Positions 41,197 to 50,826 of a DNA stretch of 64,000 bases are shown here, piece after piece. The notes beneath the pieces are model-generated. The model saw only the letters and a program-made list of their open reading frames with translations. It did not search any database and was not told the DNA's origin. The stretch is taken from positions 224,001 to 288,000 of the forward strand of contig JAYFMW010000007.1 in the NCBI GenBank assembly GCA_042408215.1. The letters are read 5' to 3'. The stretch is from Microcoleus sp. GTDB lineage: Bacteria > Cyanobacteriota > Cyanobacteriia > Cyanobacteriales > Microcoleaceae. A program made the translations under genes and the position numbers. How positions within the stretch are numbered: position 1 is the stretch's first letter; each line of letters opens with the position of its first letter.

Positions 41197-41991
41197 ATGT
41201 TTCTATTTTTGTCGAAGCTGCTGCCGCTGTTTATTTATCCTTTGGGCTTGAGTTGCTTGTTAATGGTGGCGGCCTTAATCACAGTGTGGAAGCGTCCTCA
41301 ATGGGTGGCGCTGCCAATTGCTACTGCTCTAATTATTTTACTGTTAGGCAGTAGCGGTTGGGTGTCAAAATCCTTAGTCCGATCGCTCGAATGGCAAAAT
41401 CTACCGCCCGCTCAATTCCCCGAAGCTGAAGCTATTATCGTCTTGGGCGGTGGTGTCAAATCAGCTTTGCCTCCCCGAAGTTGGGTAGAATTAGGGGAAG
41501 CGGGCGATCGCATTATCTATGCTTCCCGACTGTATCGTCAAGGCAAAGCTCCCCTGCTCATTCTCAGCGGCGGTAGAGTAGACTGGAGAGGTGGTGGCAC
41601 TCCCGAATCAGCAGACATGGCAGAAATTGCCCAAACTGTCGGCGTACCTGCATCAGCAATTCTCCAAGATCCCGATTCAAACAACACCTATCAAAATGCC
41701 GTCAATGTGCGGAAAATCCTAGATGCTAAAAATATAAAAGGGCCTGTATTGCTAGTAACATCGGCGATGCACATGACTCGATCGCTCTTAATCTTCCAGC
41801 GTCAGGGAATCAAAGCAATTGCCGCCCCCACAGACTTTCAGATCACCCAACAGGATATCGCAGCATCCCAAAGCAATTGGCAAGCAGCAGCCCTAGATTT
41901 TTTGCCGGATACCTATCAGTTAAACCAGTCAACCAAAGCCTTAAAAGAATACATCGGCTTAATCGTATATCGCCTGCGGGGATGGCTTTAA
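41197..41991 (+). CDS. YdcF/ElyC (DUF218) family protein
   Basis: IIVLGGG, ILSGG, ESADM, SNNTYQNA, LVTSAMHMTRS, KEYIG. Confidence 0.92.
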   Translation: MFLFLSKLLPLFIYPLGLSCLLMVAALITVWKRPQWVALPIATALIILLLGSSGWVSKSLVRSLEWQNLPPAQFPEAEAIIVLGGGVKSALPPRSWVELGEAGDRIIYASRLYRQGKAPLLILSGGRVDWRGGGTPESADMAEIAQTVGVPASAILQDPDSNNTYQNAVNVRKILDAKNIKGPVLLVTSAMHMTRSLLIFQRQGIKAIAAPTDFQITQQDIAASQSNWQAAALDFLPDTYQLNQSTKALKEYIGLIVYRLRGWL

Positions 41992-42009
41992 ATTAACGGC
42001 TTATAACTA

Positions 42010-42771
42010 ATGAATGCTCATGTTTTTGATTGGGAAATACCCCCAAATGACCTAATATTTAATAGCGATGAAGTTCATGTTTGGCGCGTCGATCTGTCGA
42101 TGACAGCATCTTGCCTGCAAAGCTTGCAGGAGACTCTCTATACTGATGAACTCAAAAGAGCAGAGCGTTTTTACTTTCAGAATGACAGAGCGCATTTTAT
42201 CGCAGCTCGCGGTGTTCTCAGGACAATTTTGGGACGCTATCTAAATAGAAATCCTGACGAACTGCGGTTTAGCTACAACCACTACGGAAAACCATCTTTA
42301 GTTACCGCAGGCTCTGAAGATAAACTTTGCTTCAATTTGTCTCACTCTTACGGAATTGCTCTCATCGGTGTTACGCAAAATCGAGAAGTCGGCATTGATA
42401 TTGAACGCATTCGTAAAGATTTTTCCTACCAGCAGATAGCCGAAAGTTTTTTTTCGCCTTTTGAAAATGCCGTATTGCGATCGCTCCCCGTGCATCTCCA
42501 AGAAAAGGCTTTTTTCACCGGCTGGACTCGCAAAGAAGCCTATATCAAAGCAGTCGGGAAAGGACTTTCTATTCCGCTTAATAAGTTTGATGTCACCCTG
42601 GCTCCAGGAGAACCAGCAGCGCTATTAAACTTTCAAGAAAACCCCCAAGAAGTATCCAGGTGGACTCTGATTGAATTAATCCCTGGTTCAGATATGGTAG
42701 CAACTCTTGCCGTTGAGGGCGATCGCTGCAAAGTTCTCTGCTGGCAATTCTTGAAGAGAGGGGGAAAGTAG
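42010..42771 (+). CDS. Sfp/HetI-type 4'-phosphopantetheinyl transferase
   Basis: YGKP, FNLSHS, VGIDIE, WTRKEAYIKAVGKGL. Confidence 0.95.
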   Translation: MNAHVFDWEIPPNDLIFNSDEVHVWRVDLSMTASCLQSLQETLYTDELKRAERFYFQNDRAHFIAARGVLRTILGRYLNRNPDELRFSYNHYGKPSLVTAGSEDKLCFNLSHSYGIALIGVTQNREVGIDIERIRKDFSYQQIAESFFSPFENAVLRSLPVHLQEKAFFTGWTRKEAYIKAVGKGLSIPLNKFDVTLAPGEPAALLNFQENPQEVSRWTLIELIPGSDMVATLAVEGDRCKVLCWQFLKRGGK

Positions 42772-42870
42772 GAGACACACAGTTAAATTAATCCGTGTAT
42801 CCCAGTCAAAATCCCTGTGTTATATTAAACTAATTACAGCCAATATTTGCCCTAGTCGCCCCAAACAATT

Positions 42871-43101
42871 ATGTTGCCCCACGAGTTGCAAAACGTCCCA
42901 GAACCGACTCCAACGGCCGAAATTTTCCAACAGCACCAAATTGTCCGCGAGTTTTACGACGAAATTAAGTACCGCCAAGAATTTGAACTTTATTGCCAGT
43001 GGTATTATGCTACAGCGCAACAGCATCAACAGGAATTGCAGAAAATGCAGGGAGATTTTAACATTTTCGGTTGGTTCTGTCGGAGCAGGCATAAAAATTA
43101 A
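42871..43101 (+). CDS. Conserved hypothetical protein
   Basis: REFYDEIKYRQEFELYCQWYYATAQQHQQELQKM..NIFGWF; followed by a hairpin. Confidence 0.75.
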   Translation: MLPHELQNVPEPTPTAEIFQQHQIVREFYDEIKYRQEFELYCQWYYATAQQHQQELQKMQGDFNIFGWFCRSRHKN

Positions 43102-43115
43102 GAATTCCAACAGAA

Positions 43116-43147
43116 TCCCTACCTAGAATCTCCGATTTAGGTAGGGA
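43116..43147. terminator. Hairpin between convergent genes
   Basis: TCCCTACCTAGA..TTTAGGTAGGGA inverted repeat. Confidence 0.55.
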
Positions 43148-43161
43148 GAGCCATCCAACAG

Positions 43162-43395
43162 CTAGACTTCAGAAGACACCAATTCAACCTCATCTTCTTT
43201 AAGATGAGCTTTAAATTTTTTGTCAAACTGTACTAGAATCGGCCAATTGGCACTGACAGGTCTGCCCTGCCATTCGTGAACGATCGCCACCACTTCTCCT
43301 TCCATATCCTTGACATCAAATGGTTGATTGCGATTTTGAGGATGGTGGTAGACAACAACAGATTTTTTAATGCAAACGCGATCGCCAACTTTCAT
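43162..43395 (-). CDS. ftrV: Ferredoxin-thioredoxin reductase variable chain
   Basis: MKVGDRV..SVVVYHHP..PFDVK..EGEV..WQGRPVSANWP..FKAHL. Confidence 0.93.
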   Translation of the reverse strand: MKVGDRVCIKKSVVVYHHPQNRNQPFDVKDMEGEVVAIVHEWQGRPVSANWPILVQFDKKFKAHLKEDEVELVSSEV

Positions 43396-43799
43396 CAGAA
43401 AAATGGGTTTGAAACCCCGTCCTTTTAGGACGGCTTTACATTTCTTGCCACTACCGCCTTGGAACTGCAAGAGTTCGGTGTACCTTTGTATTGCACTTTC
43501 AACGGGACAGTTACCGTTTCAAATCTTGCAGCCCTGTACGCATAGTGTTTTGCTACTAAGTAGCCTCCCTTGCGGGGTAATGTTAGCTTCGACCTGTTAC
43601 AAGAGCTTGTCGTTGCTCGCAGCACTGTCTCAGTGACCTTAAGACTGTTTAACTACTAGCGACAGAGCTCTTGACTAGCTTCGCATCCACAGGGTGTCGT
43701 GACTCAAGTAACGGCTACCTATTTGCTAGGTGGTCTGGTCAGAATGGCTTGGGTTGATTTCTCTTTCAAGCCTCATGCCTTTAGGCTGAGGTTCCTGAC
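43396..43799 (-). mobile_element. Non-autonomous IS200/IS605 element carrying a HEARO/IscB-type omega-RNA
   Basis: End hairpin CCGTCC..GGACGG adjacent to TCAT; other end has hairpin CCTCAGCCTAAAGGCATGAGG; no IscB ORF. Confidence 0.8.
43570..43799 (-). ncRNA. HEARO / IscB omega-RNA scaffold
   Basis: Minus strand: GTCA..CCTAAAGG..GCTTG..TGACCAGAC..CGTTA..GACACCC..GGATGC..CTAGTC..GCTCTGTC..GTTAAACAG..CAGTG..TAACAGGTCGAAG..ACATTACC, ordered as I recall HEARO motifs. Confidence 0.75.
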
Positions 43800-43970
43800 C
43801 AAAAATTTCCGGGAGTATCGTTGACAGATTCAAATGTAGTGTTCTCTCTTCACAACTCTGCAAAGCTTACAACTGCAAAACACCTGCACACTTTGAGGAC
43901 AGTATTTTTATCTTCCCACACAACTAGACTATTATATCCCCGACTTCTTTAAGAATTCGGGGATCTGGGT

Positions 43971-44383
43971 TTGACACTCTCCGGGAATCAACGCCACGGA
44001 GATTCTTAAGACCACAATTTGAGTCTTAAAGGCGCTGTCAAATCACCTCTACACGCTCGAAACAACTACTGGTACGAGAAGTATTGCAGTTGCGCTTACT
44101 TTTGTTTTTAGATTGCTTTCTGAGTCCACCAATAATCCAGTTAGGTACGCTCAACGATTCACTATTACGTGTTTGGACAGGCTCGGCATTGCCGAGTAGC
44201 GATCCAACCCAGGAGTCTCACCTTTTGATATCGTTTCAACACGTAGATGGTTGTTCTTACTTGCTGTTCTAAATTCTCAGCTATTTAGCACAAGATATTT
44301 GATATTGCAACAAAGTTTTACAATTAAAGCCGTCCTATAAGGACGGGGCTTCAACCCTGCGCTTCGCTCCGCCCATTTTGTTG
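43971..44383 (-). mobile_element. Non-autonomous IS200/IS605 derivative with TnpB-type right end and no ORF
   Basis: Minus strand: TCAC|CAACAAAATGGG..GAAGCCCCGTCC..GGACGGCTTT left end; AAGAATCTCCG..CGGAGAGTGTCAA right end. Confidence 0.75.
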
Positions 44384-44408
44384 GTGATGTTTTTTGAGGT
44401 TGGTCTAC

Positions 44409-47165
44409 TTAACTTAACTGATTCAACCAACACTCAACATCAACAGCGAGAGTTTGACCCAACTCCAGCAACTGTTGAATTGCGGGCAACGAAGAGCCAC
44501 TGTCCGAGTCAACGATCGCGACTGCGCCAGCCTGGTCGATCGCACCGTTTGTCGTCGAACCAGCTTGTCGTTGCAGCCAGCCCAAACACAGAGGCACAAT
44601 TTGACTGTGCATCGAATCAAAATACAGTTCCTGCGATCGATCCAAACACAAGCCCAGACTCAGCCGATGACCCACCGCAATCAAACGCTCGATGGTGCTG
44701 ATATTGGTTGCTAAGGATCCAGGCGATCGCCCTGTTACATCGGTATCCTCAAGCAGCAGAGTGTTGAGATAGCGCCAAACCAGCCTCTCCAAAATTTGCT
44801 TAACTTCAGGGACATTCAGCCGGGTGCGGAGGAGGCCAGCTTCAGTAGCAATTGCCTCAATTTCCGCCACCAAGGACTCCCTGTCAGCGGTTTCCTGTTC
44901 CAAAGCCTTCGCGACTGTCAAACAGCGGTGTCCCAAGGCCACCTCAGCCGCCACCTGCAATTCCACGGGCACTGCTAAGTCATCGCGGTGGAAGGCCATC
45001 ATCACGCCGTAATTTTCCCGGTAAACCTGGGTGTAAAGCTGATCCAACCTGGTCAAATTTTCCTGACTCAACAACTGCACGATCCGGTGGCGTTCTTCTG
45101 CAAACAAATCCCGCAAGCTAAAGGACTGGTCTCCAAACAGACGAACCATTTCCAGAATTGCGTGGGCGGCGGAAGCTTCTTGCAAGACTCCAAACAGCCG
45201 TTCTTTCAGCATTGTGTAAGACCGGCGGCTGCCAAAAGGTTGAATGCAGCAGTGGAAGTCCCAGCCGCCGAGGTGGAATGCTGCAAAGACAAATGTTTCT
45301 GTTTCTTGTGTGATGTTGGATGTTAATTGCAATTGACCTACGGCTAGTGTCATGGAACCCATGCGCTGTGTCTGGAAATCTAGCTGCTGGGTCTGATAGC
45401 AGTAAATTTGCTCGAACCGGGGATATTTGGCAAACAGGGAACTAATTGCGTAGTGGGCTGCTACTTCTCGGAGACTAATTTGGGCTGTTGATACCATTTG
45501 GCGGTAAACTTCGGCTCCTGTTTTGAAACTCTCAACGTTGCTGGGTACTAGGGAAAGTCGTTCGATTAATTCTTTTTCTAGGTGCACACCGGTGACTTCC
45601 CCGGCTAATTCCACAGCACGGGCTGCGTAGCGCAATATCTGCACGCCTTCGGGGCGAGATATTTCTTCAAAAAACCAGCCGCAGCTAGTGAACATCAAGA
45701 GTGCGTGGCGCTGCATTTCTAGGAGGCGCAATGCGTCTATCTGTTCTGTTTTGTCCAGTATGCGAACTTGATGTTTCGATAGGAATTTGTCTACGTTGGC
45801 CTGGGTGCGATCGCCGATGACTTCTATATATTCATCTCGCGCCGCCCAAGGATCGCCAAACAACTTGCGCCCGGCTTCTTCATAAATTGGAATCAGTTGA
45901 TCCCGCAGCCAATTCAGGGTATCCCGCAGTGGCCTGCGCCATTTGAGGTGCCATCCTCCGCCGCCTCCGCAGCCGCAATCATCCTGCCATCGATCGACTC
46001 CGTGGGAGCAACTCCAAGCTGTGACTGGTTTGAGTTCGACTTCCCAGGTGCTGGGATTTTGACTTAAATAATGAGCAAAATTCGTCACCGTCCAGCCGCG
46101 GCGGGGAAACTCTTCTGTGAAGGCATAGGCGAGGCATTTTTCGGTGCTGTGTTTGTGGTGTCCGAAGGTTTCGCCGTCGGTGGCCACGGAGATTATTTGG
46201 GCGGGTCTGTGGTCTCCTCGCACTGCTTGACCCAAACGCTGTGCGAAGTGGTGGCTGTTGCTGAGAACGTCGTTGAATCCCATGTCTCGTGAGATGGGGC
46301 CGTCGTAGAAGAAGATGTCGATGTAGGGGGTGTTGGCGGTTGTGGCTGGGGAATTGTGGTGGTGACTGCGGCTCAAGTGGTGACTGCTCAGCGGTGAGAG
46401 TTGGTGGGTATTCATCAACTGCTTTTCTGGTTTTAAATAGCAGCGGTATGGGCGTGTCGGATCGATTTGACCGCCGCCGACTTCATGCCATTGGGGATCG
46501 GCTTTTTCTGCGCCGGGTAGTTGGCGGCTGCGTTGGGCTTGGGAGGGGGCTAGGACTATGAATTTTATGCCTTCGGCTACTAAGACTTCGAGGGTGGGGT
46601 AGTCTACGGCGGTTTCGGCGAGCCACATTCCTTCGGGTGTGCGATCGAACCGGGTGCGGAAATCTGCGATTCCCCAGCGAATTTGGGTGTATTTGTCTTG
46701 TGTATTGGCGAGGGGCAGGATGATGTGATTGTATACTTGGGCGATCGCGTTGCCGTGACCGTTGAGTCTTTGACAGCTTTTGCGATCGGCTTCGACGATC
46801 CGCTGGTAGACTTCTTTGTCGTAGCGTTCCAGCCAACTCATCAAAGTCGGGCCGATGTTGAAACTGAGATATTCGTAGTTATTCACGATCCCTGTGACTT
46901 CTCCGCGATCGTTCAAGATGCGGGCGAATGCGTTGGGTCGATAGCATTCGTGATATATGCGTTCGTTCCAGTCGTGGGCGGGTGTGGCGCTAGCTTGGCG
47001 CTCGATCGCGTCTAGGTAAGGGTTTTCGCGCGGGGGCTGGTAGAAGTGACCATGAACCGTCACGCACACTCCTGTTGCTGTAGCCGGACTGATGTGGCTT
47101 GCAGCCGTTACGGTTGGCGCTGACATTGGGTGCTGAGCAGATTTATTTTGAGATAGCATAACCAT
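44409..47165 (-). CDS. Glycoside hydrolase family 57 / DUF3536 protein
   Basis: HGHFYQPPRENP, SFNIGPTL, YNHIILPL, GMWLAE, ATDGETFGHH, MFTSCGWFF. Confidence 0.92.
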   Translation of the reverse strand: MVMLSQNKSAQHPMSAPTVTAASHISPATATGVCVTVHGHFYQPPRENPYLDAIERQASATPAHDWNERIYHECYRPNAFARILNDRGEVTGIVNNYEYLSFNIGPTLMSWLERYDKEVYQRIVEADRKSCQRLNGHGNAIAQVYNHIILPLANTQDKYTQIRWGIADFRTRFDRTPEGMWLAETAVDYPTLEVLVAEGIKFIVLAPSQAQRSRQLPGAEKADPQWHEVGGGQIDPTRPYRCYLKPEKQLMNTHQLSPLSSHHLSRSHHHNSPATTANTPYIDIFFYDGPISRDMGFNDVLSNSHHFAQRLGQAVRGDHRPAQIISVATDGETFGHHKHSTEKCLAYAFTEEFPRRGWTVTNFAHYLSQNPSTWEVELKPVTAWSCSHGVDRWQDDCGCGGGGGWHLKWRRPLRDTLNWLRDQLIPIYEEAGRKLFGDPWAARDEYIEVIGDRTQANVDKFLSKHQVRILDKTEQIDALRLLEMQRHALLMFTSCGWFFEEISRPEGVQILRYAARAVELAGEVTGVHLEKELIERLSLVPSNVESFKTGAEVYRQMVSTAQISLREVAAHYAISSLFAKYPRFEQIYCYQTQQLDFQTQRMGSMTLAVGQLQLTSNITQETETFVFAAFHLGGWDFHCCIQPFGSRRSYTMLKERLFGVLQEASAAHAILEMVRLFGDQSFSLRDLFAEERHRIVQLLSQENLTRLDQLYTQVYRENYGVMMAFHRDDLAVPVELQVAAEVALGHRCLTVAKALEQETADRESLVAEIEAIATEAGLLRTRLNVPEVKQILERLVWRYLNTLLLEDTDVTGRSPGSLATNISTIERLIAVGHRLSLGLCLDRSQELYFDSMHSQIVPLCLGWLQRQAGSTTNGAIDQAGAVAIVDSDSGSSLPAIQQLLELGQTLAVDVECWLNQLS

Positions 47166-47699
47166 TCGATCGAATCCTCAGGTAGTTAAAGACCAGAAAA
47201 CCAGCAAATTTAGTTACAGACGCCTTACGCAGCAAGCTTTTCAGCTATGCCTTTGTCCGGGTTCATTTGTGGTCAACAAGTTTTGATACAACATATCTGT
47301 AGTAGTGTTGGCCAAGCAACTTGGCTACCAACTGCCAATCATTAAGTCTCGATACCCCCAGGGTTTTTCCTGCAAATGCTTGGGTATTGAGCGAGTTAAA
47401 TGTTATCTAAGAGGTTATCTAAGAGGGCTCCTCTTCCTACTTTCAGGCACTTTCGACCCATTTCAGGCTAGTGTTCGCAGGATTGTTGATTGAGTTTTCA
47501 TTCACATTGCTGGATTCTAGAGTGTAATTGATTAAATCGCAAGTTTCCGCTGACAAAATTTAATATTTGGCCTATAGACGCTTTGCGCCTTTATACCAGA
47601 AGGAACAAGGAAGAAGGCTATAGTGTCGAAGCTGAGCGAGTAAAAATCAGGAAGAAGGAAAATTCAATCCAAACAGATATCGATCGCCCCCAGCATTGG

Positions 47700-48480
47700 T
47701 CTCCGGCGCATCCAGCATCAGCCAGTGTCCGGTATCGGGGAGAATAGTTGTCCTCAGTGTGGGACAGAGGATGGGGTCGGCTGAAGGTTTAAGTGTTTGA
47801 GGGAGCAATGATGTTGTGGGCTCCTGTTTTAGGGGCCGCTAGGTAGCGATGGAGAGCATTAATGGCTTCAAGGGCAAACATCCCGTGAGAGATTCTAAAC
47901 GGGCAATTTTGTGGTGTCGCGGCTAGGCTAGGGGGTATTCGATCGCGCTGTTGTGGGCTGTGCTTTTTGTCAGTGCTTGGTTGAAGCTCGCTTCAACAGC
48001 AGACGGACAATCTTCTGTTTCCAAGGCTCTCTGGTGGGGGACTATCTGTGCTTTGTAGATTTCTACAGAACTCTGGTTAAGTTTCTAGGTGGGTCAGCCA
48101 GGATTAATTGCGCTGTGTGCGGTGAGGTGGCTGAATAGGGGGAGGGCGATGCAAGGACGGAACTGTGCTGACGATCGCTACTGGATGGAGTTTTAGCTGA
48201 TCTAGTATGGCGAAAACATTTGCTGTACGGGAGGTGGGGGCGTGGTTGCTGTCGGAAGAGTGGTGGGGAATTACTTTGTTTCGGGACATTGAGGGCGATC
48301 GCTTGTTGAGTAGAGCTAAGATGGGCTGGCTGCTTATGCCAGATGCTTGCTTTTATTGGCTATATTGTGGACGAACACCACCGGTGGTGATTTGGATTTT
48401 GTAGGGGTGACAGGGGGGCTGGCTTGGAGGATGTGTATTTTGTCGATCGGTTGGAGTGAGGGTTGTCGATCGCATCAGAT
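47700..48480 (-). pseudogene. Heavily decayed alpha/beta-hydrolase gene
   Basis: Scattered minus-strand remnants in order: VVFVH.., VFAILDQLKLHPVAIV, TILPDTGHWLMLDAPE; many stops and frameshifts. Confidence 0.5.
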
Positions 48481-48656
48481 ATTTTCAACGGTTTTAATTT
48501 CCTGATGATTTACGCACTGTTAAGTTAAAAAATTTGGTTTCTGGCGATCGCTCTAACAGTGCGGTAATTATTTTAAGAAACTGGGTTTTTGCTTCTAAGA
48601 CTGTTCTTTTTTTATCATAACCAATTTTATTTCTGTTACGCCTGGGCGCATTTTCG

Positions 48657-49071
48657 TTAGGTAGCATTCTCTACTGTAAATCCAATTTCTTGCGGTTCCA
48701 GCCGGTGACTGTGGGGGTCTGGCAAAAAAGCTTGGTGGGCGATCGGATACCCAGAATCTTTTTGCTCCTGAATCAGTAGGCCTTCTTGACGGGCTCTCGT
48801 CCCAGATCTAATCCATATATTCGCGGCTCTTGCGGCCAACTCGCCCGGTGTGCAAAGGGAGACAAAACGGGACGATCGCAAGTCTGTTTGAATTAGAACT
48901 ACAAAAGGGCGAGTGCGGTCAGAAAGCTTTTCCTACAGCAACACCAGCTTCTGCATCCATGCGGCCGTGAACTACTTGCATTCCAGCATACTTGGAGTGG
49001 AATTCAATACTTCCAGCGACATCTGAAACCAGGAAGGCGATGTGAGTGAGTCCTCCATCAAAATTTCGCAT
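48657..49071 (-). pseudogene. VOC/glyoxalase-family gene, frameshifted
   Basis: GLTHIAFLVSDV..SIEF..KYAGMQVVH, shift, LSDRTRPFVVLIQ..ARQEGLL..KDSGYPI..AFLPDP..QEIGFTVE. Confidence 0.75.
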
Positions 49072-49536
49072 CAAAACTACATCTTTTCCCGTGAGTGATC
49101 TCCACCGGAAAAGCTGTTTACACCACCATCTATGAGCATTTCAACAACTCCGTTTATTTGACCAAATCCTGAATATATAAAGACTGTTGGTTATGAGTAA
49201 TTGCCAGATGATTTGTGTCTGAATAGCGAACAATTTTTAGTGAAAATTAAGTGAAAAAAATCCAGGCTAAACACAGTTTTTGTTGAATTCTTGCAGGGCA
49301 TTTGAAAAGTCGCCACCAACAGCAATACATCGTAAAATACCAGAGAGTTGAAAATAGCGATTTTGGGAGTTCTGGTTCTACTGTGTGGGAGTCGCCATCG
49401 CGCTGTACAAAAGATCGACCCGTGACAAATAGCGATCGCCCCAAGCTTTAAGCCAATCCCCAATTCCCGAAGCCAACCCATTTTTAAAGTTTTCCCACAG
49501 GCTATGATTGACGGTTGGGAGCCTTTCAAAATCCAA

Positions 49537-50658
49537 ATGCTGAACACACAAACCATAATTTCCAGCCTGCTGTTATTTATCCCGATTTCCATAGCCGGAC
49601 ACTTTCTGGGCTGGGAATCCTCCACAATCTTCATCACATCGGCCCTAGCCATCATCCCGCTAGCAGCCTGGATGGGAACCGCCACCGAAGAAATAGCCGT
49701 AGTTCTCGGCCCCAACTTAGGGGGATTACTAAACGCCACCTTCGGTAACGCCACCGAACTAATTATCGGCATCGTCGCCCTGAATGCCGGACTGATTAAC
49801 GTCGTCAAAGCCAGCATCACCGGTTCCATTATCGGCAACCTGCTCCTAGTAATGGGACTTGCCATGCTGCTGGGCGGCTTGCGCTACAAAGAACAAGAAT
49901 TTCAGCCGACAGTCGCCCGATTGAACGCTTCGGCTATGAATTTAGCTGTCATTGCAATTTTGGTACCAACAGCAGTTGATGTCACATCTGGGGGTATCGA
50001 TCAGGAGACGATGCAAAAGCTCTCTAGCGCCGTTGCTGTGGTTCTGATTGGAGTCTACATACTGACTTTGCTGTTTTCGATGAAAACCCACACCTATCTC
50101 TACGATGCGGGCATAGCCGAAATCGATATGCTCGAAGAACTCGCCGAGAACAATTTGGCAGGAGACAATTCTCAACATAAAGTCAATTTGCCTCTGTGGA
50201 TTGGTGTGCTGTTGGCTTGTACTCTGATGGTGGCGATCGAGTCGGAACTGCTGGTAGGTACTCTCGAAGAAGCTACCTCCAGTTTGGGAATTAGCGCGCT
50301 GTTTACTGGGGTGATTTTAGTCCCGATTATTGGTAACGCGGCCGAACACGCGACGGCGGTGACGGTGGCGATGAAAAATAAGATGGATTTGTCGGTTTCT
50401 GTGGCAGTTGGTTCGAGTTTGCAAATTGCTCTGTTTGTCGCCCCGGTTTTGGTTTTGGCTGGTTTTATCCTTGGGAAACCGATGGATTTGGATTTCAACC
50501 CGTTTGAACTTGTGGCGGTGGCGGTGGCGGTGCTGATTGCTAATTCGATCAGTTCCGACGGCAAGTCTAATTGGCTTGAAGGTACTTTGCTGCTGGCTGC
50601 GTATGCGGTTTTGGCGCTGGCTTTCTACTTCCATCCGGTAATCGACGGGCTGGGCTAG
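49537..50658 (+). CDS. cax: Ca2+/H+ antiporter (CaCA family)
   Basis: NATFGNATE and GNAAEH alpha-repeats, GSIIGNLLL, GSSLQIALF, SNWLEG. Confidence 0.95.
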   Translation: MLNTQTIISSLLLFIPISIAGHFLGWESSTIFITSALAIIPLAAWMGTATEEIAVVLGPNLGGLLNATFGNATELIIGIVALNAGLINVVKASITGSIIGNLLLVMGLAMLLGGLRYKEQEFQPTVARLNASAMNLAVIAILVPTAVDVTSGGIDQETMQKLSSAVAVVLIGVYILTLLFSMKTHTYLYDAGIAEIDMLEELAENNLAGDNSQHKVNLPLWIGVLLACTLMVAIESELLVGTLEEATSSLGISALFTGVILVPIIGNAAEHATAVTVAMKNKMDLSVSVAVGSSLQIALFVAPVLVLAGFILGKPMDLDFNPFELVAVAVAVLIANSISSDGKSNWLEGTLLLAAYAVLALAFYFHPVIDGLG

Positions 50659-50806
50659 TCATTAGTCATTAGTCATTAGTCATTAGTCATTAGTCATTAG
50701 TCAGTAGTCATTAGTCATTAGTCAGTAGGCAGATTAATCACCCATGCCCGATGCCCGATGCCCCATGCCCGATGCCCGATGCCCGATGCCCCATGCCCCA
50801 TGCCCC
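50657..50806. repeat. STRR tracts (TCATTAG; ATGCCCG/ATGCCCC)
   Basis: Tandem heptamers. Confidence 0.9.
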
Positions 50807-50826
50807 TCTGACTTCTTCCCTCTGAC

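Noticed and set aside
43396..43470. N-terminal extension of FtrV in the ORF track
   Set aside because: It is IS-end sequence; the conserved protein starts at MKVGDRV (43395)
49191..49865. 224-aa minus-strand ORF
   Set aside because: Largely antisense to the Ca2+/H+ antiporter, with no family signature
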